A stretch of 61,102 bases of DNA, filler included, from Globobulimina sp. (taxonomy: Eukaryota), in assembly GCA_003354225.1 (NCBI GenBank). It is 10 parts of 10 records of this genome, joined end to end, with 100 filler letters (N's around TTAATTAATTAA, not from the genome) between each part and the next. Parts side by side here need not be neighbours in the genome. Positions count along the whole stretch, not along the records: positions 42,879 to 48,889 come from PIVH01000378.1; positions 48,990 to 55,000 come from PIVH01000379.1; 8 more parts are not named here. One strand, given 5' to 3'. Below, piece after piece: positions 42,879 through 55,100 of this stretch; the first letter of the stretch is position 1; each line of letters begins with the position of its first letter. The notes under the pieces were generated by a model, which ran no database searches, had not been told where the DNA came from, and saw nothing but the letters and a program-made list of their open reading frames with translations. A program made the translations under genes and the position numbers.

Positions 42879-45295
42879 GTTTGCGTTTGGAACCGCTTTC
42901 TGTATTCAACAAAGTCATAATCGATGTCAACATAATGGAACAAGATGGCCCAATAATTGTGTGCCTCAATACTTTTTGTATGCGGCGCAAAATGAATATG
43001 CTGCGTCCCTTTAAATATGATGGCATCGCCCACATTATTCAAAATCTCATAATTTTCGCTGTAATCGGTGGGATGGAAATTTTTCTTTTGTGCTGGAACC
43101 ATTTGCTTATTGAAATAAATGGGAAATGGAAAAGCAATCTCATTTTCCTGATTGATGGTCAACAGAATGGAATAAGTGTTGTCCTCTCGCAGTGTTTGTG
43201 CGATATTATGGATATAAAAATTGGTGTTATTGAAATCAATAAACATCGAATAGGATTTCTTAACATTTCTGCCAACAAAATAAGACATAATTTCTCCAAA
43301 ATCCTGCAAATAAATATATGAAATCCTGTCGTTTGTGGCACGAAAATGCTTCTGATTTTTATAATGATTCCTGAGCCATTTACATTCGATCAAATTCAAC
43401 AAATTCTTCAATTGAACCACCCCAAATCTTGCAAATTGCTGTCGAATAATATTCAAATTCCGCAGTCCAAATAACACATCAAATCGAGGCGGGGGACTCG
43501 CTTCAAATTGTTGCGTATTATCCAAATTATTTACAATTATTTCTGCCTCGGAACCATCGCCAAACAACAAAGCCAAATCGTCGCTATATTTATAAATATA
43601 TTCGCGTATAATCCAGCGTAATTTGATGGTATTTAAGAAATATTTGATGTTGAATTGGTCCCTATGATTCTCGTCAACATTTAACAAATAATTATACGTA
43701 TCATATGTATGGAAGTTGCAATAATATAAGTTGTATTGGTGCAGATTTATCAATTCGTCCACATATTTCTTGCCAGACTTGGAGCCATAATATTGTTTTA
43801 TGCATATTTTCAAAGCTTTGTCCGTATATTTTTTGTAAGACGCCACGTCGCCAAATAACAAATAATTATATCCGCGCAATACATTCATTTGAGACAATTT
43901 CAAATAATAATTTGCTTTCAAAAGTTGCAGTTGCTGAATGGAGAAATATTGCAAAGACTCGTTTTGATTTATAATTAGTTGCTTCTTTACAGCCAAATAT
44001 TTGCCGACCGCATTTATTTTGTGATTGAACAGATTCATTCCGTCCACTTCTTCATTTCCAACGTATAACACACTCGAAAGCAGCGAAATAATCAAATGTA
44101 GATCCACCAAATCATTGTCATTTTCATTTTCCTTTTGAGCTTCCAACATTTTTGCAGTCAAATTCAAATATTGAATGGCAAACAAGTTCCAATTTATGTT
44201 CTCGTTTCGTGTCCGAAAATAAATGATATTCTCATACAAATCATTGCCATTATTTGCTGTTTTGGGGAGGGAATATATCAAATTTGAGCGCAGTGTCAAT
44301 GAATAAGTGCTGTTGTATGGCAATGCAAAATCGGTCAAATTGCACAGAATTAGTTCATCATCGATGATTTGCAGAAATTGTTTGTCATTTCCTTTGATAA
44401 CTTTCCATATTTCCTCTCCATTCTTTGTGTGCAGAATGATATGCATCTCACTGTAAATATTTATGTCCACAAAATGCGTGAATGTGAATATGATTTCTGT
44501 CTCATTTCTATCCACATCGACGATGCTATTATTTTTCAGCGAAATGGCCTGAATCTGCGGCTTGAAAAAGGAGGACGGAGAAAATCGAAATTTGAGCAAA
44601 GGCTTCCAAAGTTTGAGCGTATTGTTGTGGTAAAGCCAGGAATTATGGATTATATTCATTGGATACACCATTTTCGTCATACTTTGGTGCATTACGGGTA
44701 ATGGCGCATAAATGTACGCTTCGTCGCTGCTGAGATTATGGCCAACAATCCACCGCTTACTGTCCGTATTGGAGTCATACAGAAAAAGCTTCAAATTACG
44801 ATGGTATTTATCCGTTTTGGTCCAAATAAGTTTGTTGTTTGCATAGCGGATCGGGGATAAAATCCATTCTCCTTTCAAATAATCATATTGTTGGTGGATG
44901 GAAGAGGTCCATCCATACAAGTTCGCATTCGTTATATTGATATTGAACAATGTCATTTCATTCATATCCTTCGGATCTTTGACGTGAAACTTGAGCATAT
45001 ATTCGTCAATGTCATTGTTTATCAAATCAGCCCATTTTATCACAGATTGCAATGCCAGTTTGAGGCAGCATTTATAATCATTGCCAACACATTCTGCATC
45101 GATTTGTGTTGTATGCGGTGTGAGTGCCGACAGACATTGAGTACAATCAGTGACTGCTTCTTGTTCTCGGCCATAAAGTGTATAATAGACATCGTATTCA
45201 TCTGTTTCTGATTCGTCCACTAAATATAGGTATAAATAGACATAATGCACGGGACATAAAATAAATACAATTAGAAAAATCTCCAAGAAAGACAT
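42879..45295 (-). CDS. Signal-anchored protein with an Ig-like region, a TPR-like helical region and a degenerate 2OG-Fe(II) oxygenase-like C-terminal domain; 3'-truncated
   Basis: Hydrophobic N-terminus MSFLEIFLIVFILC. Ig-like PQIQAIS..IIFTF..NSTYSLTL. DSBH-like KKSYS..YSILLTI..FPIYF..GDAIIFKG..HIHF..LFHYVD. Confidence 0.55.
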
Positions 45296-45348
45296 GCTTT
45301 CAAGTTTCAACTGAAAAGTTTTTGTTATTAGTTTCTGCATTTCAAGAC

Positions 45349-48021
45349 ATGCTTTCTTTAAACAAACACGACATAGCAGCCACGATCAAGGATAGATATG
45401 CAATCATCACTTATGACTTTTATTTTGAAAATGGAAATATAAACAGCAACGGCGGCAGTGACGAATTAAGATTTGAGATAACCATCGATTGTGATGCTTT
45501 CATATCGAGTTTCGAAGCCAATATTGATGGAGAAATATTTTCAGGTCAAACCAAAGAAAAAGAAAAAGCAGACAAAGAATACAAAGCAGCCAAGAAAAAG
45601 AATGAAAATGCCATATTAATATCGCAGCCATTCGATAACATTCCAAATGTATTTGAGATAAAAACAAATATTGACTCAAAATCAAAAGTATTGTTAACCA
45701 TAACAATTGAACAATATTTGAAGAAAAGGTTTAATTTCAATCAGTTAAATGTTCAAATATTACGCAATTTGAGTCGGTATAATATTGTGTGTAATTATCA
45801 ACACATTTCGTTTAAATTAAACATCACAGATTTAACTGGCATTTATGACGTTGATATTCCTTCGAATGTTGTCATTGAGAACAAAATAATCGACAAATTC
45901 AAGCAAAACTGCATCATAAATGGCAAAATAACGCAAAACAATAATAACTGTGCTGCAAATGAATTGATATTAAAATATAAAATTGTCGGCGAACAAAATG
46001 ATTCGATGCTATTATTTGACAAAGAATCAAACACATTTTGCCACATTATCTCAGATATTATGACGGATTCAATGATGAACGCAACTGATGGCACAGAAGG
46101 CGGATCTGACGATATTGAGGAAAATGTATTGATAGCTCGTCGTGTGGTGATTGTGATTGATAGATCGGGCAGTATGTCGGGGATAAAATGGAAGAAAACA
46201 ATCTCAGCAACCAATGCTAGTTTGAAACAATTAAGAAGCGGATATGACAGATATTGCATTATTTTATGTGGCAATCAGTTGGAGTTTGTGCCCACAGAGA
46301 ACATCAAAGCAGCCACTAACTCAAACATAAAATACTCCATTTCCTATTTAGAAAAGCAAATGGCGACAGGCTGCGAACTTATAAATGATGCCTTGTTGAA
46401 AGGAATTGCTTTGATCAAGAAAGATATCGAGGAATTGAATGAAAATATTAATGCTGACAACTATTATATGAATCAAATTATTTTCATAACCGATGGCAAT
46501 CCGACCATTGGCGAGACAAATACCGATAAAATAACATTGAATGTTTCCGCTGCCAATGATTTACGCAAAATTGACAAATACAGTTCAAAGATATCCATAT
46601 TTTCGTTTGGGATCGGCAGAGATGGCAATGATTCGCAATGGGTCTCGGATTTGAATCATTTGTTTTTGAGGAAGTTATCTTTAAATAACCACGGATTTTA
46701 TAAGCGAATCAAACAAACATCGGCGGACACTCTGTTTGCTGATTATTTTACGATTTTATCGAAACCCGTTTTGTCGAACATTGAAATTAAATATCACAAT
46801 AAAAATATTACACAGCTTACTGGCACAACATTTAATGCTTTGTATGCCGGAAATGATTTAATTATTTGTGGCAGAATTGAGAATATTGAGAATAGTGAAA
46901 ACAAAATGACATTAAATGCGACAATCTCTGCGATCACCGGCAAAGAAGTCAGCAAAAATAATGGAGTGACGACGAAACCAATTCATATTCGAAAAGAACT
47001 GGAAGTAAATATTGATTTGGATGATATGAAAGAGGCAGAAAAAAATAATAATAATATCGAGAGGATTTGGGCATATTTGAAATTAAAACAATTTGCAGAA
47101 AACAAGCTAATGACAAATGATATGATTGAGGTGGATGAGGATGAAAAAAAAGAAAATGACAAAGTGCCCTTGAATTTGGCGATGAAATATAAGTTTGTAA
47201 CACCGTGGACGTCGATGATTGTTGTCAAGAAAAAGAAGGAAATCTTTGAAGAAAAGGACGACGAATATGGTGAGATGTCGGCTGAAATGGAAGAACATAA
47301 AATAAAATTGGTGACAATTGGAGATAGTAACTGTGGTAAAACCAGTTTAATATTAAGATTTGTGGAGAATGTATTTGAGAAGAAAAGGGACGAAGTTACG
47401 ATGAACATAAACTGCAAAAATAAGAAATTAAAAATAAACGATGATTATTTTACTGTGGCTTTATGGGACACTGCCGGCCAAGAAAAATATTCCTCGACTT
47501 TGGCTCCAATGTATTTGCGAAATGCAAATGGAATAATATTTGTTTGCGATATTAATAATATGGAATCAATCGATAATGTCAGAAAGTGGGCAAATTCCAT
47601 AAACCAAACCATAGAGTTTAATAAAAATAATTCCATTTTGATTGTAAATAAATCAGATTTGAGTGATGGCGATGATGAAACTGCAATTCATAAAATCAAA
47701 GAATTGACAAATAAGTTGGGAATTAATTACGTAGTGACTTCTGCAAAAAATAATTTAAATGTAAAAAGCACTTTTTTCAAATTGATTGGGTCGATTTACG
47801 ACACAATGTTTGAAAATAAAGTGGCAAATATGCGGAATAAGAATAATAATAATAATAATATCCCAACATATGGTATGGCCGCATCTGGGTATTCTGCAGC
47901 TGGATATTCAAGTTATCATTCACATTCACGCAGTACTCACACAAGTCGCATGTGTGTGGCTTTAGATGAAGGCAGTTATCTCTCAAACAACAGAGACAAA
48001 AGATCAGGAGGATGTTGTTAA
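45349..48021 (+). CDS. VIT - vWA (ITIH-like) - Rab GTPase fusion, 890 aa
   Basis: VIT: DRYAII..AFISSF..GQTKEKEKADKEYKAA. vWA: VIDRSGSMSG, FITDG, IFSFGIG, ERIWAYL, FVTPWTSMIV. GTPase: GDSNCGKTS, WDTAGQE, NKSD, TSAK. C-terminal GGCC prenylation motif. Confidence 0.88.
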   Translation: MLSLNKHDIAATIKDRYAIITYDFYFENGNINSNGGSDELRFEITIDCDAFISSFEANIDGEIFSGQTKEKEKADKEYKAAKKKNENAILISQPFDNIPNVFEIKTNIDSKSKVLLTITIEQYLKKRFNFNQLNVQILRNLSRYNIVCNYQHISFKLNITDLTGIYDVDIPSNVVIENKIIDKFKQNCIINGKITQNNNNCAANELILKYKIVGEQNDSMLLFDKESNTFCHIISDIMTDSMMNATDGTEGGSDDIEENVLIARRVVIVIDRSGSMSGIKWKKTISATNASLKQLRSGYDRYCIILCGNQLEFVPTENIKAATNSNIKYSISYLEKQMATGCELINDALLKGIALIKKDIEELNENINADNYYMNQIIFITDGNPTIGETNTDKITLNVSAANDLRKIDKYSSKISIFSFGIGRDGNDSQWVSDLNHLFLRKLSLNNHGFYKRIKQTSADTLFADYFTILSKPVLSNIEIKYHNKNITQLTGTTFNALYAGNDLIICGRIENIENSENKMTLNATISAITGKEVSKNNGVTTKPIHIRKELEVNIDLDDMKEAEKNNNNIERIWAYLKLKQFAENKLMTNDMIEVDEDEKKENDKVPLNLAMKYKFVTPWTSMIVVKKKKEIFEEKDDEYGEMSAEMEEHKIKLVTIGDSNCGKTSLILRFVENVFEKKRDEVTMNINCKNKKLKINDDYFTVALWDTAGQEKYSSTLAPMYLRNANGIIFVCDINNMESIDNVRKWANSINQTIEFNKNNSILIVNKSDLSDGDDETAIHKIKELTNKLGINYVVTSAKNNLNVKSTFFKLIGSIYDTMFENKVANMRNKNNNNNNIPTYGMAASGYSAAGYSSYHSHSRSTHTSRMCVALDEGSYLSNNRDKRSGGCC

Positions 48022-48314
48022 ATTATATTGACGCAATTTTGTAATTATTCTAATTTAAATATCAAATAAATATTTAGCACCAATACTATAGCTGCTTCGT
48101 GCAGTGATCTGCATTTTGTATTGTCCCATAATGAACAAATATTTCCAATTTACATATAAATTCGGAACTTTTTTTAGCTTTTATATGTTGCTGCTTTTAG
48201 CGATAGTGGGAGTTTGGACAGGCTAAAAAATTTTCGATTCCCAAAATACTGTACCTCACACCACTGCAGACAAAAAAAAACAAAGAAAAAAAGCATATAA
48301 TAATAATAATGAAA

Positions 48315-48380
48315 TGACTCAGGTAGGATTTAAACCTACATCGATGTGAGTTATATCCACAACATTTAGCCAATAAATCA
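48315..48380 (-). pseudogene. Degenerate tRNA-like remnant (pseudo-tRNA or SINE head)
   Basis: The minus strand has GTAGGTTTAAATCCTAC (T-arm-like, B-box variant) preceded by the anticodon-arm-like TGTG-GATATAACT-CACA. No intact acceptor stem. Confidence 0.3.
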
Positions 48381-48889
48381 ACATTTGTATGTTGGTAAAG
48401 AATGAGGGATTAAATTTAGTTTTGCGTTTCTGCAAATCCAAACTAACGTTTCTATTTAGAAAGGTTAATTCAAGAGAATTGTGGGTGGAACAGCCGGAGC
48501 TGCAGACACACGCTCTATTGTTGAGCTACTGAGTCGGTCTCAACCTGTTTGTTTTTTGTGTTCAATGTGTCTTCAAATATTTAAAATCTTCAAATATAAA
48601 TCTAAATTAATTGTGGGAATTATACACAAATGCAACCACAGATCGTGGTCTTTCATTTATATCCAACCATTGCTTAGCAAAGTTTACGTTAGCATCCATC
48701 CCTTTTATTTTTTGAAGTGTAGTACAGTCAGACTCACTAAGAATTTCATTTTGGCATTTCTTTTTTGACCATGGGTAATTTTTTTGCTATTTCAAATTCA
48801 TTAGAATTAGATGACAGTCCCTATTCATTAGAAGATAGTTATCATTTCAGATTTGATGAGTTCCTCCAAATGAATGGTTTACGTTGTTG

Positions 48890-48989
48890 NNNNNNNNNNN
48901 NNNNNNNNNNNNNNNNNNNNNNNNNNNNNNNNNTTAATTAATTAANNNNNNNNNNNNNNNNNNNNNNNNNNNNNNNNNNNNNNNNNNNN
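48890..48989. other. Artificial contig linker 8
   Basis: N44-TTAATTAATTAA-N44. Confidence 0.98.
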
Positions 48990-51900
48990 AATTATAACTA
49001 CTAAATTCTATGTACTGCACCAACTGCCGGATACGATCGATTTCCTCGTTGGCAGAGCCTTATTACATGTGCTTAACTATAAATTGGTACAAATGACGGA
49101 CTCATTTGTCCATAAATTCCAGCCCGAGTTCTATGATGACGACTTTGATGATATGCCATGCGAGTTATATCCATTAGATACGGATGGCGAAAACGTAAAT
49201 TTTGACATAGTGATACAGAACGAGGCAGCGCGTAAACCTATACTCGATTTAATTCATTCATACGCGGACAACATATCAAAGGGAGGCAGCGGCGCAGATA
49301 TTGGCAAAATACCCGGTGAAAAATTTAAAATCATATTACGCGACGACATAAACGTGGACCCGGTGGTAAATCCTACATATTATATAAATCAAAAATATTT
49401 TAATGGATTAAAGAAACAAATACAGAACTTATTGGCGGACAAACGCATTGAAAAAAGCAGCAGCCATTGGCGATCGAGTTTGTTTCCGCGACCCAAGAAA
49501 ACCGGAGACGTACGCATCGTTTTCGACTTTCGCCGCCTAAATCATCTCACAAAACCGGACCAATTCCCCATACCAAACATACAAAAATTATTACAGCGAT
49601 TTAAAGACAAAACATACATTACATCACTTGATATGAAGGCCGGTTATTGGCACATTCCATTGGACGACGAGACAAAGCCACTGACTGCATTCGAGTTTGA
49701 TGGCCAATTATATCAATGGACGGTGATGCCGATGGGCCTGAAAAATGCGCCGGCGATGTTCCAACGAGTAATGACTAAAATATTCGAGGATTTGGACTTT
49801 GTGGCAGTATACATTGATGACATCGCCATATTAAGTGACACGCTGCAGGAACATCTAAAACATATTAAAATTGTATTTGAGCGCATAAAGAAATATAATA
49901 TAAAGCTACGAATCGATAAATGCTTATTCGCAGCGCAGGAAACTGAATATTTAGGATATTATGTAAATAAATACGGCTATCGGCCGACAGGCAAGTATAA
50001 GAAGAAAATAATAAACATACCAGAGCCACGCAGCCGGGCACAAACGCAGATATTCCTTGGATTAGTTGCTTATTTACATAAATTTATACCAGATCTACAC
50101 CAAATTGCAAAGCCATTATACGAATTGCTCGAAACCAATGAGCCATTTGTAATGACTGCCGTACGTAAGCGGGCATTTAACGCATTAAAATTAATGATAC
50201 ACAAAGCCGACATATTGATACATCCGGACGCAAATCGCGAGATTCATTTGTTTTGCGACGCATCAATTAATGGCATCGGTGGCGTAGTGGGCCAATACGA
50301 CGAATCCAATATATTTCGACCAATCGCATTTGCCTCGAAATCATTCACCAAAACACAGCAAAATTGGCATGTAAGCGAGCAGGAAGTCTTTGCGGTGATT
50401 TATATGGTCGAGAAATGGCGGTATTTGTTGGTAGGGCACCACTTTACGGTCCATACAGACCACAAGAATTTGCAGGAATTATTTAATCGAGCCAAGAATT
50501 TTCGCGCCGGAAAACTATATCGATGGGCCGTACGATTGCAGGAATACGACTTTACGGCTGTTTATATCCCTGGTTATGATAATATTATTGCAGATTATTT
50601 ATCCCGCAATGGATTAATTAAAGAACATACCGAAGAGGGCGTAGTGATCGTGGAGGACTTATCACGATACGCAGACGAAGGCGTAGTGATCGATGAGAAC
50701 AGAGAGCAGCGCAAAATAGCAACGCACGACATAACCACGCTGTATTTGAACCATTTACATTCGCAAATAATAAACGGGAGCTTCGTGGACACGGACGACG
50801 GCGACTTGAGCCTCGATATGGATATGCTTTATACCCATATTCCTTTACCACGACGCCGATATAATTCAAGAATAATGCATAAAACAAAGATAAATCAGAT
50901 CCTTTCGACTGAACTAACACATGGACAAACTAATTTATTCACGGCACGAACTGGTTCAAATCGCACAAATCACCATAATTCGCATGAAAATCAGTCGGAA
51001 TTTGATGACTTTTATCATCAAATCACCTCGAAATGGCCCGCAAAATCGCATACATTAACTGATAATTCGCACGATTCATCGGTTGCACGCTCGAACAACG
51101 CCCCAGACCGCGATTTAAATCACCCAGACCATTGTCGTACTAATCCAGGTCACGCGCATTTGGACGGTGATGACCGTGCTGCAAACTCGAACATTAATAG
51201 TGATGTAAAAGTGAGTCACCGTGTTGACCCACTTTTGCACGATGTAATTATGAGTCACCGTGTTGACCCACTTTTGCACGGTTCATATTCAGTCCCGATG
51301 GACTATTCCGAGGCAGACTACGACGAATCTAGCGACGATGTGAGCGATCTCGACATATCAATGGACGATATGACAGATCCCAACTCACTGAAGTCACGAC
51401 GCCATGGTAAAGGCGAAGGAAAGGACGAAAGAAGTGGTTTTTTGGCTGACGAACTTTTACAAAAACTTCAAGAGTGGCGAGTCTTCGCGACACGAAAAAT
51501 AAAAATAAAACCACAGCATACAGCACACCCAAATAAACCAAAACAACCAAATAAACAACAAACACAAAATAAAACACAAAAAAAGCCAGAAACGCGTCGA
51601 AGGTCAACGCGTATTAGAAACAGATTGCCAGCCAATCAGGAATCCGATATAAATGATTCTAAATTGGTTGAAATTCCCCACATTGATGATATCGTCAATA
51701 AACAGCAACGTAAAGACTATGAAGAGCGCCTGAATAAAGCACTAGCTTTAAACAATCAAATATTAGCATATAAGCCATGCGATCCTATCCATAACATTGA
51801 TACCATTGATCCGATTCCATCCATAATTTTAGATCGCTATTATCCGAATGACATAACTTCGGATTTAATATATCAAAAACAACAATCCGATCCATGGCTA

Positions 51901-53373
51901 TATGGTATAATCCAATACATATTGACCGATAATACCTATTTAATACGAAAATTGCCTAAATATTTATATCGATATGTATTAAATGGAAAGTATATATGTA
52001 ATGATAAAGGCATATTATTTTATAAATACAAGGAGAATGAACACAAAGTTGTCGTACCTGACACTTTGCGAAAGTCAATAATGAAGAATGCGCATGATTT
52101 GGTTCATAACGGCAGCGGCAAAATGTACATGTCCATACTACGCGATTATTGGTGGCCTAAAATGAAAGTTGAGATTGGCGAATATTGCAAGAGCTGTATA
52201 GGATGTCAATGCGTCAAAGGCATCATAAATAAGGAGAAGAGAGGGAAACTAAACTTGTTTCCAGCAACGCGACCCTTTGAACAGATAAGCGTCGACATTG
52301 TAGGCGCATTGCCAATGACTGATGATGGATTTGTATATATCGTTACCATAATCGACAAGTTCTCCCGATACTGCATGTTGACGCCAGTAAAAGACACAGA
52401 AACTCCAACCATAATACGAGCGATTGAACGGTGGTACACTACGTTTGGACCACCAGAATGCATATTATCCGACAATGGAACTCAATTCCTATCAAAAGTA
52501 TATGCACATTATCAAAAATCAAACAAAACACAAACAAAATATATAACAGCATACCACCCAGAATGCAATGGACAAATCGAGCGACTCCATAGATGGATAA
52601 AGGAGCGATTATCAGTGCTCGCATACGATTTAGGCTTGGAATTTATTGTTGGTGCAGCTTACCAATGTGATAATTGGTCTCATTATTTACCAATAATACA
52701 ATATAAATATAATACCACCATAAACCGCATGACTTCGTATACTCCGTTCGATATAATATTTGGTAGTAATCCGCGAGATATTGACGCCATAAAATGTGAT
52801 CCAAAGTGCCCAGATATTTATCGTAAATATATGGCAGTTCGCGTAAAGTTGATACGCGATAAAGCACGGCAGCAACAAATAAATTATGATAAAATACGAA
52901 AACGTTATTATGATAAACACAGACATGAGATACAGATTGGATTAAATGATTTAATAATGTATGATGTATCGCAAAATATGAGCAAGAATGAAAAATCATT
53001 AATTCCAAATTACGTGGGACCCTATAAAGTATTGAAGACATTGAATAATAATAAAACCTTAAAGATACAGGATTTTGATGAGATATATGATCCATTTTGG
53101 ACAGACATAATGCATTGTAAACTATTTCACGATGGCCATGATAGCCCAACAGATACGTTATTATTATATGCATTATATAATATAAACAATATTGAGAAAC
53201 AAATTGATAACGATACGGATACAGATATTGACAAAAATACATTATGCAAATTGAATAAAATACGATATTATAACAGATTGATGTATGCATATTGCTTACA
53301 TCCATTATTACAAATTGATAATAAACCGAAGGATCAGATGTTTCTGGATATGATTGATCCGACGGATGACTGA
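48990..53373 (+). CDS. Gypsy Pol (end of protease, RT, RNase H, long insert, integrase), 5'-truncated
   Basis: DFLVGR; RT DFRRLN, LDMKAGYW, MPMGLKNAP, YIDD; RNase H CDAS, EQE, TDH, ADYLSR; integrase H-H-C-C, VDIVG, SDNGTQF, IERLH and GPY motif. Confidence 0.93.
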
Positions 53374-53414
53374 CTATGGAGATTGAATGATATGTTTAAT
53401 TACTTTCCTTTATT

Positions 53415-53424
53415 AAGAAAGGGG
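53415..53424 (+). other. Polypurine tract
   Basis: AAGAAAGGGG immediately before TGATGTGG, about 40 nt after the pol stop. Confidence 0.75.
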
Positions 53425-54250
53425 TGATGTGGATTACCACTACCTTGTTTAGGCTAACTTAGCCATTGACTTTATGTGTTGACTAGAATGTTTTCTAACT
53501 AAGTTTTTCTACTTTAATATTCTACTCACCTTCGAATTACTCTTTCCTATTCCTTACAACCTATAACTAAATTAGCAAGTCTCTACAATTGGGGGGTCAA
53601 GTGTTCAAACTATTCACGATATAGAATTGCACCCATATAAAAAAGAGGAAGAAGGTACATATACCAATAATTAACATAATTTATTTTAGTTTAGCTTAGA
53701 GTGATATATCCGCGCGCAAATAACATATACGTTTCGAAACAAGTTAAGGAGTGCTATAAGTTAGAACGAGTGGAGACTAGCTGAGTAAGATAGGTCAGTC
53801 CTAACACAAACACAAGTAAAACTAAATTAAGAGGACAAATACAACTATGATATATGCATAAAAATAAAACACCGGTTAGAACAAACAAATACAAAAAAAA
53901 ATACAAATTCAGATTGCAAATCTTGAAAACCAGATTGAAAATGACATAAAATCAGATTGAAAACCAGTAAAACCTGGCTCAAACCAAACAAACCATAAAA
54001 TACAAATACGAATTCAATGTTTGAGATAATAAATGAAATGCATCCATGTACCATTCAATTTTGCTATATTGGGAGTCGCGACCCATTGGCACCATTGTAC
54101 GAGTCATGAAATGCTGTGGTTCCTTGGTTGTGGTCCACTGAATGAACTAGCGTGGTTCCCGTATGTGGTCCACTAAATAGAGACATATGTGCAACAATAC
54201 GTGTTTGATAGGGTTATCATCGACATAGTATGGGTTGGCATAGCCTGACT
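53425..54250 (+). repeat. Long terminal repeat and 5' leader; 3' boundary approximate, no PBS identified with confidence
   Basis: Starts with TG after the PPT. TATAAAA near 53637 and AATAAA near 53864. Non-coding until the gag ATG. Confidence 0.55.
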
Positions 54251-54354
54251 TTTGAGTATAAACTTGAGTCCAAATAATAATTTTGTACAAATTATGATAA
54301 ATCCGATACAAACCTAACAAAACCAACCAAACAAAATAAATAAATGTATCAGAT

Positions 54355-55000
54355 ATGACAACGAAACAAAGGACAACACGCAACAGCAACAGAAATAAAA
54401 CAGACATAAGTGATGAATTAGGAGAAGAAAAGGATGAATTAACTTACTCCAAATTGCTGTATTTGCAGTCCACGTTAAATGCCTTCACTAAACCATGGAT
54501 ACGATCCGGTTTAGATTCTTTCCGCTGGATCCTGGATGTACGAAATTATCGAGATAGTCATCCTGAGCATCCGCAAGATATGTTAATGCGAGAAATATTA
54601 AAATCATTACCAATGGGCAGTCGCCAGCTATATTTTGATCGAGTAGAAGTTACCGGGGCTGAGCGCTTTGATATCGATGAATTAATTGATTTTGCGGTTT
54701 ATTCCTATCCACCACCAACCACTGTCGAGCCGTTATTAGCTAAGGTTCGAACTATAATAATACGACGAAACGAAAATCCAATTCGGGTTTATAATAAAAT
54801 CCAGAGCTGCTTAAAACAGATTGAGCAAATCATAGTGATTACGGCGATGACGACGACAGAAAGATACCTTATTTAACAGATAGGGAGAAATACACATTGT
54901 TGGTGACCTGTTTCGTGGAGAAAAATAATCGCAACAATTATGGTAATAATGGCGTGATTAACGGCATTACGCGACGCGAAATTACCAAACGAAATCCGAT
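54355..55000 (+). CDS. Gag-like ORF of the Gypsy element; frame break at about 54825-54876; 3'-truncated
   Basis: Capsid-like helical ORF (FRWILDV..LPMG..LYF..RRNENP). The -1 frame stays open (SDYGDDDDRKIPYL...) to the contig end. Confidence 0.6.
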
Positions 55001-55100
55001 NNNNNNNNNNNNNNNNNNNNNNNNNNNNNNNNNNNNNNNNNNNNTTAATTAATTAANNNNNNNNNNNNNNNNNNNNNNNNNNNNNNNNNNNNNNNNNNNN
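55001..55100. other. Artificial contig linker 9
   Basis: N44-TTAATTAATTAA-N44. Confidence 0.98.

Larger units (their letters stand above)
48990..55000 (+). mobile_element. Ty3/Gypsy LTR retrotransposon(s): pol - PPT - LTR - leader - gag
   Basis: Domain order RT-RH-IN. A PPT and TG LTR start follow pol, and a new Gag-like ORF lies downstream. Confidence 0.9.

Noticed and set aside
52643-53305. 220-aa antisense ORF within the Gypsy integrase region, and similar shadows (4597-5058, 6559-7020, 40828-41274, 45843-46274, 46983-47417, 58412-58750)
   Set aside because: These have biased, low-information composition opposite well-supported genes and no recognisable motifs.
6076-55056. Regularly spaced TTAATTAATTAA as a biological repeat or CRISPR-like array
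   Set aside because: It is always embedded in N44 runs and is a synthetic six-frame stop linker. ORF ends reading LIN or containing X runs are artefacts.
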